From positions 9,424,001 through 9,488,000 of the forward strand of contig OX597835.1 in NCBI GenBank assembly GCA_951406725.2: a DNA stretch of 64,000 nucleotides, written 5' to 3'. Position 1 is the first letter of the stretch; the number at the start of each line of letters is the position of its first letter. Both the position numbers and the translations under genes were made by a program. The notes beneath the pieces are model-generated. The model ran no database searches. It had not been told where the DNA came from and saw only the letters and a program-made list of their open reading frames with translations. Below are positions 54,477 through 64,000 of the stretch, one piece after another. The stretch comes from Octopus vulgaris. Its lineage: Eukaryota.

Positions 54477-54826
54477 ACATACAAGCGAATAACGTACTAA
54501 ATAATACAAAACAAATCTGCAAGATCCAAAATCCTTGCAAACGAAGAAATCAAACCAGAAATTATCTACCACCCACAATCCCTGATTTGAAAACGTACGG
54601 AATCCATGATAATCGTTGAGCACAATAAAATCCCTCAATTTTCCCGATGCCTCAACAGGGATTGAACCTGGTGTCTCTCTGTTGCCTGTTGAGTCTGTTA
54701 AGTGTGTGTATTTCCGGAGAAAATTATTAATTGTTCTTGTAAGTGTCCCTTGTACTGTTATCTCTTTATCTCACTGCCGGTACTTCCAATTAGACCTTAC
54801 GCACTGCGACAAACACACACACACAA

Positions 54827-54859
<33 letters not shown>

Positions 54860-55419
54860 CACACAAAATGCATGCGTATATAAGTTTGTGCGTGCGTGTG
54901 TTTGTGTGTGTATATATATATATATATATATAATGGACGTATACATGTGCGCATATATATATATATGTATGTGTGTGTGTATGTGCGTGAGTGTGTGTGA
55001 TTTTCGTAATATCATAGATAATCACCACTGATACAATGAGGAAGAGGATGAGAGGAGGTGGAGAGGAAGAGAGGAGGGGTAAGAAGTGAAGGAGGAGGAA
55101 AAGAGGAAGTAGAATGAGGAAGAATGGGTCATGGTGATGAAGGTAGCGGTGATGGTGGTGGTGGTCGTCGTCGTGATCGTGGTGGTGGTGGAGATGGAGG
55201 GAGGTGAGAGGTTGGATGTGATGGAAGTGGCTGAGGATCCAAATAACTTTATAAAACATATTTACGCAAAAACATCTGAGTTGCAAATGCAGATGCCTGA
55301 AGTGCACCTTTTTGGGGTTCACATGCATTCAATACAGTGCCAAATAAGGATGAACGGGGGGAGGCAGTGGCGGTGACGACGGCGGCGTCGGCGTCGGCGT
55401 GATGGAAGTGGTGGTGATT

Positions 55420-56070
55420 TTGGTGATTATGGTGGTGGTGGGGATTGGTGGTGGTGGTGGTGGTGGTGGTGGTGGTGGTGGTGATTATGGTGGTGGTGGT
55501 GATGATGGTGGTGGTGGTGTTCTGTTGTGATGGCGGTGGTGGTGATGGTGATGGTGGTGGTGATGGTGGTGGTGATGGTGGTGGTGGTGGTGGTGATGTG
55601 GTGGTGGTGGTGATTATGGTGGTGGTGGTGTTCTGTTGTGATGGCGGTGGTGGTGATGGTGATGGTGGTGGTGATGGTGGTGGTGGTGGTGATTGTGGTG
55701 GTTGTGGTGATGATGGTGGTGGTGGTGTTCTGTTGTGATGGCGGTGGTGGTGATGGTGATGGTGGTGGTGATGGTGGTGGTGGTGGTGGTGGTGGTGGTG
55801 GTGGTGGTGTGGTGTTGATTATGGTGGTGGTGGTGGTGGTGGTGGTGTTCTGTTGTGATGGTGGTGGTGGTGGTGATTATGGTGGTAGTGGTGGTGGTGT
55901 TCTGTTGTGATTGTGAAAATGGTGTAAATGACGATATTAATGATATTAACGATCATAACGACAACGAAAATGATGATGATGATGGTGGTGGTGACGATGG
56001 TGGCGGCGGCGGCGGCGGCGGCGATGGCGGTGGTGGTGGTGGTGGTGGTGGTGGTGGTGTTGATGATGGT
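55420..56070. repeat. (GGT)n array with higher-order units marked by GTTCTGTTGTGAT
   Basis: Marker recurs five times, near 55519, 55630, 55727, 55847 and 55899. Confidence 0.9.
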
Positions 56071-56396
56071 GATCGTATTGCTCTCCTCGCTGAAAGCAAC
56101 ACCGAGCGAGCGTAAGAGTGCACACGTGACAATGGCGATAATACAATGAAAGAGATTTGGGTGAGCAATCGCCAATAAGAAGACACATGGAATCTAAATG
56201 CGTCTGAACCATTTTAAAACACAGATATAATTCAATTACTTTAAAATGGAGCCTTGCATTTGAATCATTTCTTTATCGTCTTCATCATCATCATCCTCGT
56301 CGTTGTCGTCGTCGTCATCATCATCACTATCACACCGGCGGCGTCGTTGTTGTTGTTGTTGCGATTGATTTTCATTTTATATCATCTTCCGACCGG

Positions 56397-56505
<109 letters not shown>

Positions 56506-56590
56506 TTGTTATTGTTGTTGTTGTTATTGTCAAAAAGAAAATAAATCGTTACATTTATTGTTGTTAATAGTAATTATTATTATTATTATT

Positions 56591-56674
56591 ATTCAGTAGT
56601 TTTATTTTTATTTTTATAGCGTGCTTTCACTTCACTACCGAGCGCAGCTCTGTGTGCCTTGGGTATGTGCTGTG

Positions 56675-56677
<3 letters not shown>
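56591..56677 (-). mobile_element. Dong/R4-like family 1, very short 3' end in (TAA)n
   Basis: ATTCAGTAGTTTTATTTTT...GCGTGCTTTCACTTCACTACCGAGCGCAGCTCTGTGTGCCTTGGG, as at 7617. Confidence 0.8.
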
Positions 56678-56750
<73 letters not shown>

Positions 56751-56767
56751 TATTATTATTATTATTA

Positions 56768-56824
<57 letters not shown>

Positions 56825-56927
56825 GTTATTGTTGTTGTTGCGATTGATTTTCATTTTATATCGTCTTCCGACCGGATTATTATTGTTACTATTATTATTA
56901 TTATTATTATTATTATAATTATTATTA

Positions 56928-56992
<65 letters not shown>

Positions 56993-57055
56993 GTTATTGT
57001 TGTTGTTATTGTCGAAAAGAAAAGAAATCGTTATCAATTATTGTTGTTAATAGTA

Positions 57056-57108
<53 letters not shown>

Positions 57109-57136
57109 CATTATTATAATTATATATCATCATCAC

Positions 57137-57167
<31 letters not shown>

Positions 57168-57838
57168 TTAAGAATATCTCGCTTAAAAGATTTCTTGTTT
57201 GTTCTCTAAATATATATATTCCGCCAGAGCTACACAAGGCTATTTACAACATATTCTATATGCAATCTCAGTTTCCCCTCTCCCCTCTCTCCCTCTCTCC
57301 CCCCTCTCTCTCTCTCTCTCTCTCTACAATCTCTTCTTTTCGCCTCGAACCCTCCGTCTCTCGGACCCCCTCCCCCGCCTTCCTCTCCCCCCCCTTCACA
57401 CACACTCATCTCTGTGTTTTCTAAAAACAATATTTCCCAGTCTCTCTCAGTAATATTTTTACATCCAATATTCTATATCCACCGCTATTCATTTTATTCT
57501 GTTTATTGTATGTTCTTCCATTCGTCTCCTTCTTTCTCTCTTTCTCTCTCTCTCTCTCCTTTTTTTCTTTTAGTCTCAACTTGTTTTTATTCACCCAAAT
57601 ACTAGTCTTCTCCCCACCCCCTTTACCCCCCTCTCCCCTCTCTCTCCCTCCCTCCCTCTTCTTTTGTCCTAAATATTTTATTCGACATTAATTTAATTAT
57701 TTATTTATTTAGGCTTTATACTAATGGCGGTACAACCGCCGATGCAGTTTTTTTTGTATGTTTATATTTTTGTTATTTTTGTTGTTTTATTTTTCCTGTT
57801 TATGTCTTTCTAATTATACTCATCATTATTATTGATGG

Positions 57839-58480
<642 letters not shown>

Positions 58481-58973
58481 ATGCATTATCGCTAATGTGA
58501 TTATTAATGTTGTTAGTGTTACTTTTGTTATTATTTTCGTATTGTTCCGAGTCTTGTAATAAGTATTCTCATATTATCATCATCATTATCATTATCATTA
58601 TTGCTATAATTGTCATTATTATTATTATCATTATTTTATTTGTATTAGCACTAATACGATTATTAACATTGTCGAGGCGGCTATTATTGTTTTTTTTTTG
58701 GCTTTTTGTTTTTGTTTTTGTTTTGTCTTTTGTCGTTTCTATTAGAGGCTCTTTGTTTCAACCTTGGTTTTATCACTCATTAGTCCCTGTGAACTTCCGA
58801 CACAATTCTCATAAATTCTACAGCATTTAACTGCTGCAAAACCGATATATTCTTCCTCAACCAATTCTCCACCATTATCGCCTACACCATATATATACTA
58901 ACACCGCCACCATCATGGATAGATGGATGGATGGATGGATGGATGGATGGATGGATGGATGGATGGATGGATG

Positions 58974-59041
<68 letters not shown>

Positions 59042-59334
59042 CATGCATAGATCGATGGGTAGAGAAAGAAAAAGAGGGACCCGTGAGGGCACAGAGGAAA
59101 GAAAGCAATCAACACATTTTGTAGGCGTTGCATTCATTAGTTGATATCAGTTTGATGCCGTCTATTTTTAGCATATAAGGGATCCATAAACTAATCTGTC
59201 ATATTGTTTATACTTAAACAAATTTAATATTAATTCCAAAACACCAGGAGGGCCACCGGATATGCTTGCTATAATATGCTATTAGTTGAAGAACTCCTTC
59301 ATACATACATGCATGCATACATGCATAGATACAT

Positions 59335-59410
<76 letters not shown>

Positions 59411-59503
59411 TAGAAATATGTTACGAAAAGAAAATATAAAATACACGTGGAAATGTAAGGGTAAAATATGAAAAATCAACGAAAATGCATATTGCAAATA
59501 GAA

Positions 59504-59623
<120 letters not shown>

Positions 59624-59999
59624 TATATTATAGTGCATTATATATTCAGTAAATAGTGAGTAAATTTGGGGCTAAAGGCCAAAGGTTGCCTGTGTGACTC
59701 GATCCACGTTTGTTTACAGAACATATGCATTCGTGTCCAAGGGGCAATTTATAACGTTTTCTATCTAACAGGTTTTTTTTTTATCTCAATTTTTATTACT
59801 CTTTATAGCCTCAGCTACATCGAATTCAAACGTTAAGACCGAAATATCTTACATCTTTTTAAACATCTAAATTGATATATATGTGTGTGTGTGTGCATAT
59901 ATGTATATATGTATATATGTATGTATGTGTGTATGTATGCATATATATAATCATATATATATATTTAGATGACATTTAAAGAGGTAATTATGCTGTAAT

Positions 60000-60043
60000 A
60001 GCTTACAGCTGTTTCTGCTACGTGATGAAGTGCTCTCAGAGCT
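60000..60043 (-). ncRNA. Hammerhead-like motif with shortened core CUGA-GA
   Basis: AGCU-CUGAGA-GC acuucaucacgua GC-A-GAAA-CAGCUG-UA-AGCU. Stem I AGCU/AGCU, palindromic ACAGCUGU stem III, GUA triplet; about 35 nt from a (TA)n tract. Confidence 0.5.
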
Positions 60044-60532
60044 GCGTACTTCTGCATCACATTAAAGATTCCCTGAAGCTTCTAAAAGAAGTGCAAATAT
60101 ATTTTGAAAAGAATTTACATACATCATCGAAAATATAAAACCATATAAGAAACGGAGTATGGAGTGTGAAGTATGAAACCACTCCAAAAATATGTAGGTT
60201 GAGATCATTTTGTGTATATGTATATTTATGTATACACATATGCGCTTCGGGAATCCCTCTATACATAACTATATGTATGCGTTTATAAAAAAAAACACAC
60301 AAACATGTGTGTTAATACACATTGTGCAAAAGACTGACATATATACATACATAATACATACATACATACATACATGCTTACATACATACATACATACATA
60401 CATGCATAAATATATACATACATACATACATACATACATACATACATACATACATACATACATACATACATACATACATACATACATACATACATACATA
60501 CATACATACATACAGGCATGCATATATACATA

Positions 60533-60823
60533 TGTGGCCAATTGGTTCGGCTTGTCGCACTCAAACTCGTGAGATTGTGGTTTCGAATACCAGACTGGCT
60601 GCGAAGTGAGTTCTTGAGCAAGATACTTCATTTCACTTAGCTTCACTCCACTCAGCTACAAAAGCGTAACCCCACGACGGGCTTCTGATCAGGGTGGATG
60701 TTGGCTACCCTCGCCTACCCAATGAGATGGCGTCTATTCGAAAGCTAAAACGATGCAAAGTGCATTGTGGGCATCGATGTATAACAGCATCCGATAGTCT
60801 GATTGGTCACATAAGTACGTGAT
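60533..60823 (+). mobile_element. Diverged tRNA-derived CORE-like SINE (fourth family)
   Basis: GTGGCCAATTGGTT (A box), GGTTTCGAATACC (B box), GTTCTTGAGCAAGATACTTCATTTCAC (CORE-like); flanked by (CATA)n. Confidence 0.65.
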
Positions 60824-60861
60824 ACATACATACATACATACATACATACATACATACATAC

Positions 60862-61032
60862 ATTTCCCTCTCTCCTCCCACCTCGGGATCTTTCTTTCTC
60901 TTATGTTGCCGACGAAGAGCTCCGCTCGAAACGTCATACCCTCCTTCTTCCCATTTTTCCTGAGCGCCTAATAAAACTTTAATTGTTCAACCTGTTGCGA
61001 AGTTGTCTTTTTTGGTTTTCTTGTTTGGATTA

Positions 61033-61037
<5 letters not shown>
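60862..61037 (+). mobile_element. PLE terminal-repeat-like element with hammerhead variant (CCGACGA core, ~60903-60939), ending in (TA)n
   Basis: CCGACGA-A-GAGC TCC GCTC-GAAA-CG-TC. Shares the downstream TTCCTGAGCGCC..TAATA motif with the 11728/63650 family; stem I is eroded. Confidence 0.6.
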
Positions 61038-61087
<50 letters not shown>

Positions 61088-61527
61088 TTATACAACCACA
61101 AACACACACACACACATATATATAATACCAAAAGAGGTATTTCTGATAACTGTAGCAACAATGATTTCGGTTGAAAGCCATTCCTAGACTAAATGATGGA
61201 ATCGCTCAAATTAAGCCCAGTTCTCGTCAATTGCGAAGTAATAAATGCCGGGCAATGCCAGATATAGTTTTACTTGAAATTAAAATGTAAAAATTTCGAT
61301 CAGCCTTTGTATACAACCTTCAAAGCAAAAGTGTTTTCAAAGCTACTGATGGGACCAAAATAATTGATATTAATGGCTTGTTAAAACTGATGTTAATTGC
61401 CTTAAATATATTTCATTTATCAATTAGCGGAACGCTCTAATCAAGTTAAACATTGACAAGTTAATAAAGAAAACTTTATTTCAATAAATACATAAACACA
61501 CAAGTACAGACATATATACTCATACTA

Positions 61528-62890
61528 ATGTATGTATGTATGTATGTATGTATGTATGTATGTATCTGTATGTGTATGTATGTATGTGTGTATGTATGTA
61601 TGTATGTATGTATGTATGTATGTATGTATGTATGTATGTATGTATGTATGTATGTATGTGTGTATGTATGTATGTATGTGTGTATGTATGTATGTATGTA
61701 TGTATGTATGTATGTATGTATGTATGTGTGTATGTATGTATGTATGTATGTATGTATGTATGTATGTATGTATGTATGTATGTATGTATGTATGTATGTA
61801 TGTATGTATGTATGTATGTATGTATGTGTGTATGTATGTATGTATGTATGTTTGTATGTATGTATGTATGTTTCTTTGTATGTATGTATGTGTGTATGTA
61901 TGTATGCATGTATGTATGTATGTATGTATGTGTGTATGTGTGTATGTATGTGTGTATGTGTGTATGTATGTATGTATGTATGTGTATGTGTGTATGTATG
62001 TGTGTATGTATGTATGTATGTATGTATGTATGTATGTGTGTGTGTATGCATGTATGAATGAATGTATGTATGTATGTATGTATGAATGTATGTATGTATG
62101 TATGTATATGTGTATTATGTATGTGTGTATGTATGTATGTATGTATGTATGTATGTATGTGTGTATGTATGTTTGTACGTATGTATGTGTGTATGTGTGT
62201 ATGTATGTATGTATGTATGTGTGTATGTGTGTATGTATGTATGTATGTGTGTATGTGTGTATGTATGTGTGTATGTATGTATGTTGGTATGTATGTATGT
62301 ATGTTTCTTTGTATGTATGTATGTGTGTATGTATGTATGCATGTATGTATGTATGTATGTATGTATGTATGTATGTGTGTGTGTATGTATGTATGTATGT
62401 ATGTATGTATGTATGTATGTATGTATGTATGTATGTATGTATGTATGTATGTATGTATGTATGTATGTATCTATGTATGTATGTATGTATGTATGCATGT
62501 ATGTGTGTATGTATGTATGTCTGTATGTATGTATGTGTGTATGTATGTATGTATGTATTTATGTATGTATGTATGTATGTATGTATGTATGTATGTATGT
62601 ATGTATGTATGTATGTATGTATGTATGTGTGTATGTATGTTTGTATGTATGTATGTATGTATGTATGTATGTATGTATGTATGTGTGTATGTATGTATGT
62701 ATGTATGTATGTATGTGTGTGTATGTATGTATGTATGTATGTATGTATGTATGTATGTATGTATGTATGTATGTATGTATGTATGTATGTGTGTATGTAT
62801 GTATGTATGTTTGTATGTATGTATGTGTGTATTTGTATATGCATGTATGAATCTATGTATTTATGTAGGTATCTATGTATGTATATGTAT
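61528..62890. repeat. ~1.35-kb (TATG)n microsatellite
   Basis: Direct reading. Confidence 0.98.
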
Positions 62891-63104
62891 ATGTGCGAAG
62901 AAACGGACAGTTATTTCCCTCACTCTCTTTCTCTCTCTCTCTCTCATCCCAAACTTTTTACTAAAATGTTTTCTACAGCCCATTAACCAATGATCAAACT
63001 TGTTTCTACTGCAGCAATTGCACATTGCTCTGTATGCAAATATGCATCCTACTCCCTGCAATTTCATCAACGGTCCATCACTTACAAGTGAAGTAATTCA
63101 AACA

Positions 63105-63222
63105 ACGTGGAGCCGCAATGGCCCAGTGGTTAGGGCAGCGGACTCGCGGTCATAGGATCGCGGTTTCGATTCCCAGACCGCGAGTCCGCTGCCCTAACCA
63201 CTGGGCCATTGCGCCTCCACGT
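63105..63222. repeat. Hairpin made of two inverted SINE family C tRNA heads (47-bp arms, 24-nt loop)
   Basis: ACGTGGAGCCGCAATGGCCCAGTGGTTAGGGCAGCGGACTCGCGGTC ... GACCGCGAGTCCGCTGCCCTAACCACTGGGCCATTGCGCCTCCACGT; one mismatch. Confidence 0.93.
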
Positions 63223-63649
63223 ATGTTTCGGTGGATGAATACACACTACGTCCAACAGCAAAAAATATGGTTAGCTAGGCATCATTCTTACCAGGAAAGA
63301 TATAAATAGTCATTTTTTTCAGATATAGGAAACCCTATAAGATGTGAGGTATTTATGTGTATATGCACACACTTACACGTACACACAGGTATATATGCGT
63401 GTGTGCGTGTGTGTTTGCGTGCATATGCATATAAATATATCACATTTTCTAGGGCATCCTATATCTGTAAAAATGTCTATTTGATGAGTGTTGTTGTTTA
63501 CGTCTTCCCTAATGAAACTTATGCATAGCTGACCGTAATTCTTCCTGTCTGACGTAATCATCGAAACATATGTAGAAGATATGGAGATATAAATGTTTTA
63601 ATAACAGCCTGTTTGTCTCTTTTTTCAATGTCCTATATATATATATATA

Positions 63650-63830
63650 TATTTTCTCTCCTTGTTTCTTTCTGTGTTTCTTTTCTGTGTATCTTTCTGT
63701 TGAAGAGCATAGGCTCGAAACGTAAAAGACTTGTTTTATTTATATTCCTGAGCGCCATACTAATACAACTGTTTGTTTGTATTCCACCTGCCTTCGTCTT
63801 TTGTCTATTTTCATAAAGCTTCCCGTTATA
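63650..63830 (+). mobile_element. Second copy of the 11728-11940 element, with CUGUUGA hammerhead variant at 63692-63729
   Basis: TCTTT-CTGTTGA-A-GAGC ATAG GCTC-GAAA-CG-TA-AAAGA; ends AAAGCTTCCCGTTATATA. Confidence 0.78.
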
Positions 63831-64000
63831 TATACATGTGTATATTTAGGGCAAAAACCACTATGTGGAGAGCCATTTGCTAGAAGAAGATCACATTCGA
63901 TGTAACTACAAAGGAAAATGTTCTCCACAGAAAATTCAGCGAACACCAGAATTTAGGCGAGGAAGACAGATGAAAATTATATAAAAATCAAGAATTAATT

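Noticed and set aside
55420-55910. Regularly recurring GTTCTGTTGTGAT as a CRISPR-like array
   Set aside because: Spacers are (GGT)n variants of unequal length, the context is eukaryotic and there are no cas genes; it is a higher-order microsatellite.

Overview
Eukaryotic, AT-rich, microsatellite-saturated intergenic or intronic DNA. The SINE families and repeat landscape point to an octopus (coleoid cephalopod) genome; this is inferred from pattern recognition, not a database search. No intact host protein-coding gene is evident, and almost all ORFs in the track are translations of simple repeats. Recognisable content: three or four tRNA-derived SINE families; 3' fragments of two CR1-group LINEs; Dong/R4-like 3' ends and a ~550-bp non-coding element, both sitting in (TAA)n tracts; a decayed Tc1-family transposon; and Penelope-like (PLE) reverse transcriptase relics. 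The most interesting signal is a set of short non-coding elements, mostly abutting (TA)n tracts, that fold back on themselves as long inverted repeats and/or carry type I hammerhead ribozyme folds. Two have canonical CUGAUGA/GAAA cores (21964-22022 and 42281-42368) and several have variant cores. Hammerheads in PLE terminal repeats are known, so the class is not new, but the density, the number of unrelated families and the core variants merit testing. Coordinates were read by eye and may be off by a few bases.
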